64,000 nucleotides of DNA from positions 29,573 through 93,572 of the forward strand of contig CAYHGA010000001.1 of the NCBI GenBank assembly GCA_964356225.1, written 5' to 3'. Below are positions 41,930-51,742 of this stretch, in pieces; positions within the stretch are counted from its first letter, which is position 1; each line of letters begins with the position of its first letter. Origin of the DNA: an uncultured Gammaproteobacteria bacterium (GTDB lineage: Bacteria; Patescibacteriota; Microgenomatia; CAZETR01; Amesbacteraceae). The position numbers and the translations under genes were made by a program. The notes under the pieces are model-generated. The model was not told the origin of the DNA and made no database searches. It was given only the letters and a program-made list of their open reading frames with translations.

Positions 41930-42481
41930 ATGTCAAGAATAGGTAGATTACCGATCATCATTCCAGAGACAGTCACTGTGTCTATAAACGGCAGCAAGGT
42001 AGGGGTAACCGGGCCTAAGGGGTCGCTGGAATGGATGATGCCTGGCGGAGTTGAGGCAAAAAATGAAGAAGGGGAAATTGTGGTAAGTGCAAAACTATCA
42101 AATTTGCACGGCTTATCCAGGTCTCTGATTGCCAACATGGTCAAAGGGGTAAGCGACGGATGGAGTAAAACTCTAGAATTGTCCGGAACCGGATACCGGG
42201 CCAGCACTAACGGAACAGAGTTAAATTTATCTTTAGGGTTTTCGCATCCAGTAGTGGTCAGGGCGCCGGAAGGGATGAGCTTTGAGGTGGTGGAAAATAA
42301 AATTAAGGTCTTAGGAATAGATAAGGCGAAAGTAGGAGAAATGGCTGCTAAAATTAGGCTACTGCGGCCGGCTGATCCTTATAAGGCCAAGGGGTTAAAA
42401 TACGAAGGCGAAGTTATCAGGCGGAAAGCCGGAAAAGCGGCTAAAGCCGGAGCTGTAGGAGCCGGTACCGGAGGAAAATAA
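41930..42481 (+). CDS. rplF: 50S ribosomal protein L6
   Basis: [23 protein letters not shown]. Confidence 0.97.
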   Translation: MSRIGRLPIIIPETVTVSINGSKVGVTGPKGSLEWMMPGGVEAKNEEGEIVVSAKLSNLHGLSRSLIANMVKGVSDGWSKTLELSGTGYRASTNGTELNLSLGFSHPVVVRAPEGMSFEVVENKIKVLGIDKAKVGEMAAKIRLLRPADPYKAKGLKYEGEVIRRKAGKAAKAGAVGAGTGGK

Positions 42482-42482
42482 T

Positions 42483-42722
42483 ATGAGATTAACTGTATTC
42501 CGATCAAATAAATATATTTATGCCCAAGCGATTGACGATGCCAAGAGGGTGACTGTCGCGGAGGCACACGGGAAAAATCCCTCTGAAGTGGGCAAGCTGG
42601 TGGCCCAAAGAGCAGTGAAAGCGGGAGTAAAGAAAATTGCTTTTGACCGGGGACGTTATCGATACCATGGCCAAATTAAAGTTTTGGCGGATGGGGCCCG
42701 GGAAGGAGGGTTAGCATTTTGA
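42483..42722 (+). CDS. rplR: 50S ribosomal protein L18 (79 aa)
   Basis: [29 protein letters not shown]. Confidence 0.96.
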   Translation: MRLTVFRSNKYIYAQAIDDAKRVTVAEAHGKNPSEVGKLVAQRAVKAGVKKIAFDRGRYRYHGQIKVLADGAREGGLAF

Positions 42723-43192
42723 GACCATTTGTAAGAACCGGACAATTTAGCGCTGAACCCCGGGAGTTTGATGAAAAAACGGTGCAAGTGAACAGGGTAA
42801 GTAAAAAAACTAAAGGCGGGAACCGGGCTAGTTTCTCGGTATTGGTAGTGGTGGGAAACAAAAAAGGCCGGGTAGGGGTGGGCCTGGGAAAAGCGGCGGA
42901 TGTGACTTCGGCTATGCGGAAAGCCAGCCTGTATGCCCAAAAACATTTGATTACTGTCCCCTTGAAGGGCAGAACAATCCCCCACGAAGTCCGGGTTAAG
43001 GTGGGCGCAGCGCAGATAATTATGAAACCGGCCCCAGACGGAACCGGGGTTATCGCTGGCGGTCCGGTGCGGGCAGTGGTAGAAGCGGCAGGTATCCGGG
43101 ATATCGTGAGTAAAATTTTAGGAACAAAGAATAAGGCGTCTAATGTATATGCGGCGTTTGAAGCGCTAAAGCGACTGCGGCCGCTTAGTTAA
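42719..43192 (+). CDS. rpsE: 30S ribosomal protein S5
   Basis: [17 protein letters not shown]; start codon uncertain. Confidence 0.96.
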   Translation: MRPFVRTGQFSAEPREFDEKTVQVNRVSKKTKGGNRASFSVLVVVGNKKGRVGVGLGKAADVTSAMRKASLYAQKHLITVPLKGRTIPHEVRVKVGAAQIIMKPAPDGTGVIAGGPVRAVVEAAGIRDIVSKILGTKNKASNVYAAFEALKRLRPLS

Positions 43193-43196
43193 TAAT

Positions 43197-43616
43197 ATGG
43201 ATATAAATAAATTACCAAAAATAATTACCAGACCCAAGAAGAGGGTGGGACGGGGTATGGGATCAGGTAAAGGCAGTCATACCGCGGGGAGAGGTACAAA
43301 GGGGCAAAAAGCCCGCGGAAAAGTGCATATTTTATACGAAGGAACTAAAACCAAAAAATCTCTGGTGAAGCGCATCCCAAAGTTGCGCGGCAAAGGCAAA
43401 TTTGAAGCTAAAAAAGGACGGGTTATTTTGCATTTAGGAGATTTGGCTGATCTGCCGGCCGGGTTTGAGGTGACGCTGGAAAGCTTAATTAAAAAAGGGT
43501 TGCTAGAAGAAGGAACGAAACGGGTCAAGATTCTGGGCGGGGGGGAAGCTAAACAGGCTCTAGTCATCAAAGTACCGGCATCGGCCGCAGTGGTAAAATT
43601 GAAGGCGAATGAATAA
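43197..43616 (+). CDS. rplO: 50S ribosomal protein L15
   Basis: [21 protein letters not shown]; directly after rpsE (no rpmD). Confidence 0.96.
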   Translation: MDINKLPKIITRPKKRVGRGMGSGKGSHTAGRGTKGQKARGKVHILYEGTKTKKSLVKRIPKLRGKGKFEAKKGRVILHLGDLADLPAGFEVTLESLIKKGLLEEGTKRVKILGGGEAKQALVIKVPASAAVVKLKANE

Positions 43617-44895
43617 AGTACTGACTAGTCTGAAACAAATTTGGGGGACGCCAGAGATACGCAGGAAGTTATTGTTTACGGCGGCCATACTGCTGGTGTA
43701 CCGGATGCTGGCCCATATTCCGGTGGCCGGGATTGACCGCCAAGCTCTAGCTAATTTATTTTCCGGGTCACAGCTGCTGGGACTTCTGGATATTTTTTCC
43801 GGAGGAACACTGGCTAACTTCTCCCTAATCGCACTGGGCCTGGGACCGTACATTAACGCCTCGATCATTTTGCAGCTGCTAACGATGGTGTTTCCTAAAT
43901 TGGAAGAGCTGTCTAAAGAGGGGGAATATGGGCGGGAGATGATTAATCAATATACCCGGTGGCTGACGGTGCCGATCGCGGTATTGCAGGGGTTTGGAAT
44001 GTATACTCTGCTGCGGGGTCAAAATGTAATCGGGCAATTAAATATAGGATCGCTGGCGGCGCTGATTGTAACAATGACTGCGGGGACAGTGTTGGCGGTA
44101 TGGTTGGGAGAGTTAATTACTGAATATGGAGTAGGCAATGGAGTATCTCTGCTCATTTTTGCCGGAATTGTGGGCCGGCTGCCGGTAACTCTAGGACAAA
44201 CTGCGGTGACTCTGGAAACTTTGTCTTTGGGAAATTTGGGAGTGTTTGGACTAGTGGGGCTAATATTGGTTGCAGCGGTAGTATTTATGAACGAGGCCTC
44301 GCGAAATATCCCGGTGCAGTATGCCAGGCGGATCCGGGCTGGAAAAGTGTACGGCGGACAATCAACGCATTTGCCACTGCGGGTAAATCAGGCGGGGGTG
44401 ATTCCGATTATTTTTGCCGTGTCGCTGGTGTTGCTCCCCTCTTTAGTGGGACAATTTTTACAAAATGTAAATAATCTCCAGGTGGCTTTAGCAGCCAGAT
44501 CGGTGCTAGCTTTTATGCAACCAAACGGATGGGCATATAACCTAATTTATTTCTCTCTAGTAGTTGGGTTTACTTATTTTTATACAGCCGTGGTGTTTAA
44601 CCCGGTAAAGATCTCTGACGAGATTAAAAAACACGGAGGTTTTGTGCCGGGGATTAGACCGGGAGAGGCCACGGCTCATTATTTAAATGGGATTATGAAC
44701 CGGGTAACTTTGGCGGGGGCGGTGTTTTTGGGAACGATTGCAATTATGCCGGCAATTGTGCAGGTGGCGTTTAGAATTCCTACCTTGTCACTGGGGGGAA
44801 CGGGAATTTTGATTGTAGTCTCGGTGGTATTGGAAACCGTGAAATCTTTGCAGTCCCAATTATCTGTTAGAAATTACGACAGCTTCTTGTTGTGA
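43609..44895 (+). CDS. secY: Preprotein translocase SecY
   Basis: [32 protein letters not shown]. Confidence 0.98.
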   Translation: MNKVLTSLKQIWGTPEIRRKLLFTAAILLVYRMLAHIPVAGIDRQALANLFSGSQLLGLLDIFSGGTLANFSLIALGLGPYINASIILQLLTMVFPKLEELSKEGEYGREMINQYTRWLTVPIAVLQGFGMYTLLRGQNVIGQLNIGSLAALIVTMTAGTVLAVWLGELITEYGVGNGVSLLIFAGIVGRLPVTLGQTAVTLETLSLGNLGVFGLVGLILVAAVVFMNEASRNIPVQYARRIRAGKVYGGQSTHLPLRVNQAGVIPIIFAVSLVLLPSLVGQFLQNVNNLQVALAARSVLAFMQPNGWAYNLIYFSLVVGFTYFYTAVVFNPVKISDEIKKHGGFVPGIRPGEATAHYLNGIMNRVTLAGAVFLGTIAIMPAIVQVAFRIPTLSLGGTGILIVVSVVLETVKSLQSQLSVRNYDSFLL

Positions 44896-45440
44896 ATATA
44901 ATCATCTTGGGACCACAGGGATCGGGAAAGGGAACACAGGCGCAATTGTTGGTTGAGAAACTAGGATTGTCTTATTTTGAGGTAGGGAAAATTTTGCGGA
45001 GTATCGCCGCTTCAGATAACCAACACGCGGAAACAGTAAAAATGGCTCTAAATAGCGGTAATTTGGTACCAGATGAATTAGTAAGATTGCTTGCCTGGGA
45101 TTTTATTAACAAACACAAAAACGGAGGATTTATTTTTGACGGGTATCCCAGATCAGTGGCGCAATACGAACATTTGCAAGATATGCTAATGAAATTCGGT
45201 AAAAAAATTGACAAAGTAATTGACCTGGAAATTTCGGGGGAGGAAACTATTAAGAGGTTAATAAAAAGGGGGAGAGAAGACGACACTCCGGAAGCGATTA
45301 GAAAAAGGTTAGAGCTGTGGCGGCAGCAAACTAGGCCGGTTGTGGAAAGAGCAAAACGTGAGGGAATTTTGTTGGAAATTGACGGAGAAAGGCCGATAGA
45401 GGTTATTCGCCAAGATATTTATGACCAAATTAAGCATTAA
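44892..45440 (+). CDS. adk: Adenylate kinase (short LID)
   Basis: [19 protein letters not shown]. Confidence 0.95.
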   Translation: MNIIILGPQGSGKGTQAQLLVEKLGLSYFEVGKILRSIAASDNQHAETVKMALNSGNLVPDELVRLLAWDFINKHKNGGFIFDGYPRSVAQYEHLQDMLMKFGKKIDKVIDLEISGEETIKRLIKRGREDDTPEAIRKRLELWRQQTRPVVERAKREGILLEIDGERPIEVIRQDIYDQIKH

Positions 45441-46170
45441 GTCAGAGGCGGAGATAAGGGTGATGGCAGAGGGAGGACAGCGGTTGGCAGAAATTAGAGA
45501 TAAAGTTGCAAGAGCTGTAAAGCCGGGAATAACCGGGTTAGAACTGGACAGACTAGTTGATAAACTGATTGCAAAGGCTGGAGGAGAAGCGTCGTTTAAG
45601 ATGGTGCCGGGGTATAAATGGGCGACGTGCGTAAACATCAACGACGTGGTAGTGCACGGTATACCAGACGGTTACAAAATTAAGATAGAAGACAAAGTGG
45701 GAATAGATGTGGGGATGTATTACAAAGGATTTCACACAGATACGTCAATAACGGTGGGTGGGCCGGAAAAATTTCTGGAAGTTGGCCGGCTGGGGCTGAA
45801 ACGGGCGATTGCGCAAGCCCGGATTGGGAGAAGGGTGGCGGATATTTCGGCTGCTATGCAAAAAACTGTGGAGGAAGCTGGGTACAATGTGGTACGGGCT
45901 CTGACTGGACATGGGGTAGGAAGAGAGCTGCATGAAGAACCGGCTATCCCCTGCTTTGTGATAGATAAATACGAGCGCAGCCCGAAGCTGACTGCCGGGA
46001 TGGTTATCGCCATTGAAATTATGTATAACGCCGGTTCAAGCGAGGTGGTGTATAAGAACGACGATGGTTGGACAATAGTCACGGCTGATGGTAAAATATC
46101 GGGGCTGTTTGAAGAGACCGTGGCTATAGCCAGTCACGGTCCGATCGTTTTAACATGCCAAACTCATTAA
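45421..46170 (+). CDS. map: Methionine aminopeptidase type I
   Basis: VVHGIP, GHGVG..LHEEP. Confidence 0.96.
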   Translation: MTKLSIKSEAEIRVMAEGGQRLAEIRDKVARAVKPGITGLELDRLVDKLIAKAGGEASFKMVPGYKWATCVNINDVVVHGIPDGYKIKIEDKVGIDVGMYYKGFHTDTSITVGGPEKFLEVGRLGLKRAIAQARIGRRVADISAAMQKTVEEAGYNVVRALTGHGVGRELHEEPAIPCFVIDKYERSPKLTAGMVIAIEIMYNAGSSEVVYKNDDGWTIVTADGKISGLFEETVAIASHGPIVLTCQTH

Positions 46171-46376
46171 CTTTCGAGGTAGAAGGGGAAGTCGTAGAAA
46201 ATCTACCTAATACCTCTTTCCGGGTCAAGTTAAACGGCTCGGGAAAGATCGTGCTGTGCCACCTGGCCGGCAAGATGCGAATCCACTGGATCCGCCTGCT
46301 GCCCGGAGACCGCGTGAGAGTGGCAATGGCGGGTCCTGATGAAACATTAGGAAGAATTATTTTTAAACTAAAATGA
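46155..46376 (+). CDS. infA: Translation initiation factor IF-1
   Basis: [21 protein letters not shown]. Confidence 0.96.
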   Translation: MPNSLTFEVEGEVVENLPNTSFRVKLNGSGKIVLCHLAGKMRIHWIRLLPGDRVRVAMAGPDETLGRIIFKLK

Positions 46377-46486
46377 AAGTACAAGCTAGTGTCAAAACCA
46401 GATGTAGAAACTGCAAAATCGTAAAGCGGAAAGGGGTGTTATTTGTGATTTGCACCAACCCCAAGCATAAACAGCGCCAAGGATAA
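46373..46486 (+). CDS. rpmJ: 50S ribosomal protein L36 (not in ORF track)
   Basis: Hand translation [37 protein letters not shown]. Confidence 0.97.
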   Translation: MKVQASVKTRCRNCKIVKRKGVLFVICTNPKHKQRQG

Positions 46487-46488
46487 AT

Positions 46489-46896
46489 ATGCCGAGAATT
46501 GCCGGACGAGATATTCCAGAAAATAAAAAAATAGAGTTTTCGCTGCGGTATGTTTACGGCATCGGATCGACAAACGCCTTAGAAATATTGGCTAAGGCAA
46601 AAGTGGACGAGAATAAAAGGACGAAGGATCTAACAGCCGAGGAACTGGCGAGACTGCAGAAAGCGGTGGACGAGGTAAAAGTAGAGGGAGATTTACGTAA
46701 GGAAATTCAGCAAAATATATCCAGATTAAAAGAGATCGGATCTTACCGGGGACACAGACACTCTAAGGGGTTACCGGTGCGGGGCCAGCGGACCCGGACT
46801 AATGCCCGGACCAAGCGGGGAAAGAGAATGACTATCGGAGCGTTGAAGAAAGAAATATTGGCCACCAAAGAAGCGCCTAAGGAGGAAAAGAAATGA
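46489..46896 (+). CDS. rpsM: 30S ribosomal protein S13
   Basis: [21 protein letters not shown]. Confidence 0.98.
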   Translation: MPRIAGRDIPENKKIEFSLRYVYGIGSTNALEILAKAKVDENKRTKDLTAEELARLQKAVDEVKVEGDLRKEIQQNISRLKEIGSYRGHRHSKGLPVRGQRTRTNARTKRGKRMTIGALKKEILATKEAPKEEKK

Positions 46897-47234
46897 CCGG
46901 AAAAGCTTTTATTACAGCCACTTTTAATAATACGCTGGTAACCATAACTGATATGACTGGCAACGCTATCGCCTGGGGATCGGCGGGAGCGGCCGGGTTT
47001 AAGGGGGCCAGGCGGGCAACTCCATACGCGGCCACAACGGCGGTGGAAGCGGCGGCCAGGAAAGCCATCGTGGCCGGAATTAAAGAGGTGGAAGTATATT
47101 TGAAGGGCCCCGGATCCGGGCGGGATGCGGCCTTACGCGCATTAAAAGCCGCCGGATTAAAAATGAATCTGATTGCCGACGTCACTCCCGTTCCCCACAA
47201 CGGAACCAGGCCAAGTAAAAAGAGGAGAGTTTAA
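46893..47234 (+). CDS. rpsK: 30S ribosomal protein S11
   Basis: [19 protein letters not shown]. Confidence 0.98.
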   Translation: MTGKAFITATFNNTLVTITDMTGNAIAWGSAGAAGFKGARRATPYAATTAVEAAARKAIVAGIKEVEVYLKGPGSGRDAALRALKAAGLKMNLIADVTPVPHNGTRPSKKRRV

Positions 47235-49108
47235 TTTACTACTTCGCCTTCTTCGGCTTTTTTGGCGTCGGCCGGTTTTTCTTCTGTGGGTTTTTCTTCT
47301 GTGGGGGGAGGAGTTTGTTTGTACATTTCGGCTCCTAATTTCTGCAGAGAGTCCATGAGGTCTTTGGATTTGGCTTCCAGATCTTCTTTAGTACCGGACT
47401 CGAGAATGGCTTTGAGAGCGGCCACTTTATCTTCCACTTCTTTTTTCAAGTCTGCGGGAGCTTTGTCGCCGGTGTCTTTGAGAGTTTTCTCAGCAGTAAA
47501 GATAAGACTGTCGGCTTGATTTTTAGCCTCTATTTTGGATTTCTTTTCGGCGTCCTCGGCAGCATGGGCTTCGGCTTCTTTGCGCATGCGCTCGACTTCT
47601 TTCTCGTCTAAATTGGTGGAGTTAGTAATGGAAATATGTTGCATTTTGTTGGTGGCTTTGTCGAGGGCTTTGACGTTAAGAATGCCGGAGGCATCAATAT
47701 CGAAAGTAACTTCTATTTGAGGCACTCCGCGGGGGGCGGGAGGAATACCGTCTAGAATAAAACGGCCGAGAGTTTTGTTGTCGGTGGCCATAGGCCGCTC
47801 CCCCTGGAGGACGTGGATTTCGACGGAGGTTTGGGAATCGGCGGCGGTGGAAAAAACTTGAGATTTAGAAGTGGGAATGGTGGTATTCCTCTCGATGAGA
47901 GGAGTCATGACAGATCCTAGAGTTTCCAACCCCAGAGTTAGAGGAGTGACGTCTAAAAGAACGACGTCTTTGACGTCGCCCGTAAGAACGCCTCCCTGGA
48001 TGGCCGCGCCGACAGCGACTACCTCGTCGGGATTGACGGATTTATTGGGCTCTTTACCAAAGAATTTCTTGACTACTTCGATAACGGCCGGCATACGGGT
48101 CATGCCGCCAACCAGGACCACCTCGTCGATTTTGGAAACATCGGTCTTGGCGTCTTTGAGACAGGCTTTAACGGGAGCGATAGTTTTTTGAATTAGAGAG
48201 TCAACTAGAGACTCCAGCTTGGCCCGGGTGAGTTTGAGATTGAGATGCAAGGGTTGGCCGTTATTTTGAGTGATGTACGGCTGGTTAATCTCCGTCTCCA
48301 TGGCAGAAGATAATTCAATTTTGGCTTTTTCGGCGGCATCGCGGACACGCTGTAAAGCCTGGGTGTCTTTTTTGAGATCCAGGCCATTGTCTTTCTTAAA
48401 CTCGGAGACAATCCAATCCATAATAACCTGATCGAAATCGTCTCCGCCTAAGTGGGTGTCGCCGTTGGTGGCTTTAACTTCAAAAACGCCATCGCCCAAC
48501 TCGAGGACAGAAATGTCAAAAGTGCCTCCGCCTAAATCATAGACGGCGACGGTGTGAGCGTTTTTCTTATCCAGGCCGTAGGCTAATGCGGCCGCAGTGG
48601 GTTCGTTGATAATGCGTTCTACTTTGAGACCGGCAATTTCGCCAGCTTGCTTGGTAGCCTGACGCTGGGAGTCATCGAAATAAGCAGGAACAGTAATGAC
48701 GGCCCGATCAACAGGGCCGCCGAGATAGGCTTCGGCGTGGGTTTTCATGGCTTGGAGAACCTTAGCAGAAATTTCCTGGGGAGTATAAACTTTGCCGTCC
48801 ACTTCGACGCAAGCCATATTGTCTTTACCGGATACAATTTTGTAAGGAACCATTTCTATGGTCCTTTTAACCTCGGGGTCGGAGAATTTGCGGCCCATCA
48901 AGCGCTTGATGGAATAAATAGTATTTTTGGAGTTAAGGATCATCTGGCGTTTGGCTATGTCACCCACCAGATTTTTGACCGGTTCTACGATGGAAGGAGT
49001 AGTGTTGCGGCCGGTGTCGGCGGCAGGAATTACTTTAGGAGTTCCTCCCTCCATGACAGTCACGCAGCTGTTGGTAGTCCCCAGATCGATGCCGATAATT
49101 TTACTCAT
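47231..49108 (-). CDS. dnaK: Chaperone DnaK
   Basis: [24 protein letters not shown]. Confidence 0.99.
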   Translation of the reverse strand: MSKIIGIDLGTTNSCVTVMEGGTPKVIPAADTGRNTTPSIVEPVKNLVGDIAKRQMILNSKNTIYSIKRLMGRKFSDPEVKRTIEMVPYKIVSGKDNMACVEVDGKVYTPQEISAKVLQAMKTHAEAYLGGPVDRAVITVPAYFDDSQRQATKQAGEIAGLKVERIINEPTAAALAYGLDKKNAHTVAVYDLGGGTFDISVLELGDGVFEVKATNGDTHLGGDDFDQVIMDWIVSEFKKDNGLDLKKDTQALQRVRDAAEKAKIELSSAMETEINQPYITQNNGQPLHLNLKLTRAKLESLVDSLIQKTIAPVKACLKDAKTDVSKIDEVVLVGGMTRMPAVIEVVKKFFGKEPNKSVNPDEVVAVGAAIQGGVLTGDVKDVVLLDVTPLTLGLETLGSVMTPLIERNTTIPTSKSQVFSTAADSQTSVEIHVLQGERPMATDNKTLGRFILDGIPPAPRGVPQIEVTFDIDASGILNVKALDKATNKMQHISITNSTNLDEKEVERMRKEAEAHAAEDAEKKSKIEAKNQADSLIFTAEKTLKDTGDKAPADLKKEVEDKVAALKAILESGTKEDLEAKSKDLMDSLQKLGAEMYKQTPPPTEEKPTEEKPADAKKAEEGEVVN

Positions 49109-49517
49109 GTTTAAAAACTTTTACTTTAGCTGGGCGAATAACATAATTGTTAATTTTATAACCCTTGGTGATGATTTCTGCAAGGGTATTATCGGGCTCT
49201 CCGGGCAAAGTTTCAAGACACTCATACAGTGAATGGTCGTAAACATCGCCTACTGCGGGAGAAATTTCCTGCAGTCCTTCTCCGGCTAAAACGTCTTTGA
49301 ACTGCTTGACAGCCATTTGTACTCCTTGGTCTTGGGAGTGGGCGGCGGCTAATTCTAAAATGTCCAGAGTGGGCAGAAGCTTGGCCATAATGTTGGCGGT
49401 GGCGTAGGTGACAAAATCTTTTTTGTCGGCATCAACGCGTTTAACCAAATTGTGATAATCGGCCAGGGCGCGTTTCCAATTTTCTTCGAGAGTTTTATTG
49501 GTGATTTTTGCAGGCAT
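49101..49517 (-). CDS. grpE: Nucleotide exchange factor GrpE
   Basis: RALADY.N..KR, KGY...VIRPAKVKV. Confidence 0.94.
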   Translation of the reverse strand: MPAKITNKTLEENWKRALADYHNLVKRVDADKKDFVTYATANIMAKLLPTLDILELAAAHSQDQGVQMAVKQFKDVLAGEGLQEISPAVGDVYDHSLYECLETLPGEPDNTLAEIITKGYKINNYVIRPAKVKVFKHE

Positions 49518-49519
49518 AG

Positions 49520-50263
49520 TTACCAGCTGGCGGTCATGCCAGAAATTAATTCAGAAAAATAACGCAGGGTGGGAAGGACGACAGGAAAATTGAGACGGCA
49601 AGGACCAATAAGGCCCAGAATGCCCCGGCGGCCGGAGCCGGCAGCAAAAGGAGTAAAGGCGAAACCTACCGGCTCGAAAAAGTCTCCCCAGCCTAAGTCT
49701 TGGCCAAAGACGATATGGACCGCTTCGGCGGGATCGTACTGGCGTTCAAAAAAGAGCTGACGGATGCGGGCCTCCTGATCCAGGAGAGTCAGGACGGTGC
49801 GGGTGACATCGATATCAAAAAATTCCGGGGTGGAGAGAATGTTGGCGGTTCCGGCGTAATAGACGTCGCCGGCATCGGTAATCGCCACGGATAGGTTTTT
49901 AGTGCGGTCTGCCAAAGCCAGGGTGGTGTGACGCATGAGGTGATCGAAATCGAAACGGGAGTCCCAGATTTTTTCCTTGGCGGCCACTTCTTCGGTGACA
50001 GACATTTTTTTTTCCTGCATGAGATGGTCAACGTAGAAACGGAGAGCGGTTGGGGTGGGTACCCGGCCGGCGGAGGTGTGAAGCTGTTTTAATAAGCCTT
50101 TCTTAGTAAGGGCGGCCATTTCGTTACGAATGGTGGCCGGGGAAATGCCTAAGGAATATTTGCGGTCTAAAACTTCACTGCCTACAGCCTCGGCGGTATT
50201 GATGTATTCCTCGACCAGGTGTTTAAGGATTTGGGTTTGGCGAGGGGTGAGATCGATATCCAT
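49520..50263 (-). CDS. hrcA: Heat-inducible repressor HrcA (short form)
   Basis: SPATIRNEM, HTSAGRVPT, LIGPCRLNF. Confidence 0.95.
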   Translation of the reverse strand: MDIDLTPRQTQILKHLVEEYINTAEAVGSEVLDRKYSLGISPATIRNEMAALTKKGLLKQLHTSAGRVPTPTALRFYVDHLMQEKKMSVTEEVAAKEKIWDSRFDFDHLMRHTTLALADRTKNLSVAITDAGDVYYAGTANILSTPEFFDIDVTRTVLTLLDQEARIRQLFFERQYDPAEAVHIVFGQDLGWGDFFEPVGFAFTPFAAGSGRRGILGLIGPCRLNFPVVLPTLRYFSELISGMTASW

Positions 50264-50264
50264 G

Positions 50265-50301
50265 TTGTCACTCTTATACCAAGAGTGCTAACGGTTGTCA
50301 A
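50265..50301 (-). promoter_or_regulatory. CIRCE operator overlapping the hrcA promoter
   Basis: TTAGCACTC-N9-GAGTGACAA (50291-50265) within TTGACA-17-TATAAG. Confidence 0.92.
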
Positions 50302-50329
50302 GGGGGAAGCCTTAGGATAGAATCAGAGG

Positions 50330-51649
50330 ATGAAGAGAGATCAGATTATTTCATTTGGGGGAGTGGCTATATTGGCTTTGGCTTTGCCCTTACTGCTGAA
50401 GGGAGTAAATTACGTTCAGAGGCTGATGATAGGGGCAGAGGGAAGATTGGCGGCGATTACAGTAGAAACAGACCATGTATTGGGGCCGATGCCACAACCA
50501 TGGCGGGCGCTGGCCCAAGGCGGTGAAGATCTATTGGGTTTTATGGATCAGGCCGGGGGGCAAGTGGCAGGGATGAAGACGCAGTATGTACGCATAGATC
50601 ATATTTATGACGGTTTCAATGTGGTGGGGCCGGGTTTGACTTTTAACTGGACAAGTTTGGATCAGGTGGTAGGTAAAATCCGGGCGGCGGGAGCGACGCC
50701 GTTTCTATCATTGTCTTATATGCCAATCGCTATTTCCAAGAGCGATATTTTGGACGAGCCAAAAAACTGGAACGATTGGACTCAAGTAGTCCAGAAGACA
50801 ATTGAACACTTTAGCGGAGAAAAAAATATCCCGGGAATGTATTACGAAGTATGGAATGAGCCGGATTTGTTTGGTAAATGGAGGATGGGCGGAGCTAAAG
50901 ATTACAAAAAACTGTATTTGTATGCTTCGCGGGGGGCGCAAGCGGCCCGGGTATTACAGACATTTAAATTTGGCGGACCGGCGACGACCGGTTTATATCG
51001 AAATTGGCTGGACAGCTTTTTTCCGTTTATATTGGAAAACCGGTTAAGACTGGACTTCTTTTCCTGGCATAGATATGACACAGATTTGAGTAAATACAGC
51101 GGGGACGTGGCCTCTGTAAATTTGTGGATAGAAAGCCATCCGTATTTTGCCAATGTGGAGAAAATAATTTCGGAAATGGGGCCGAACAGCGAGAAAGGCG
51201 GGGAAAACGATACCCGGGCGGGAGCAGCTCATTTACTGGCAGTGACAAGAGAGGTGCTGTCACAAATAAAATACGTGTTTACTTTTTCAGTGACCGGGCA
51301 GTGGGGAGTAGTAGGTAAACCTAGGTACGAAGCCTTGAAGCTACTATCTGACCTGGGGGATCAACGATTGGCGGTAACGGGGGACGGAACGTGGGTAAAA
51401 TCTTTTGGAGCTAAAAATGGGAATACATATCAAATATTAGTAGTAAACTATGATCCCAAAGGAGCGCATAGTGAGGTAGTGCCGGTGACGTTTGTAAATT
51501 TGGTTAATCAGAATTTTTTGCTGCGGCAGATAACTATGGGCGGAGGGACAACCCAATCCGAAGTGGCCACAACGGAAGCTATGCTGCAAAGAGAAATATC
51601 CCTGACTCCTAACTCCGCGGTGTTGTTGGAGCTTACACCTAAACCATAA
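50330..51649 (+). CDS. Membrane-anchored GH39-like glycoside hydrolase
   Basis: N-terminal TM, YEVWNEPD acid/base, DFFSWHRY, IISE nucleophile. Confidence 0.82.
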   Translation: MKRDQIISFGGVAILALALPLLLKGVNYVQRLMIGAEGRLAAITVETDHVLGPMPQPWRALAQGGEDLLGFMDQAGGQVAGMKTQYVRIDHIYDGFNVVGPGLTFNWTSLDQVVGKIRAAGATPFLSLSYMPIAISKSDILDEPKNWNDWTQVVQKTIEHFSGEKNIPGMYYEVWNEPDLFGKWRMGGAKDYKKLYLYASRGAQAARVLQTFKFGGPATTGLYRNWLDSFFPFILENRLRLDFFSWHRYDTDLSKYSGDVASVNLWIESHPYFANVEKIISEMGPNSEKGGENDTRAGAAHLLAVTREVLSQIKYVFTFSVTGQWGVVGKPRYEALKLLSDLGDQRLAVTGDGTWVKSFGAKNGNTYQILVVNYDPKGAHSEVVPVTFVNLVNQNFLLRQITMGGGTTQSEVATTEAMLQREISLTPNSAVLLELTPKP

Positions 51650-51680
51650 GTCTCAAATCCCAATATCTTTTCTGCATTCT

Positions 51681-51724
51681 AGAATCCCAGAATCCCACCT
51701 GAATCCCACCTGAAAGGTGGGATT
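51681..51724. repeat. REP-like palindrome type B with partial tandem duplications
   Basis: AGAATCCC AGAATCCCACCT G AATCCCACCT-GAA-AGGTGGGATT between convergent genes. Confidence 0.8.
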
Positions 51725-51742
51725 TGAGGTTTGATGTCATTT

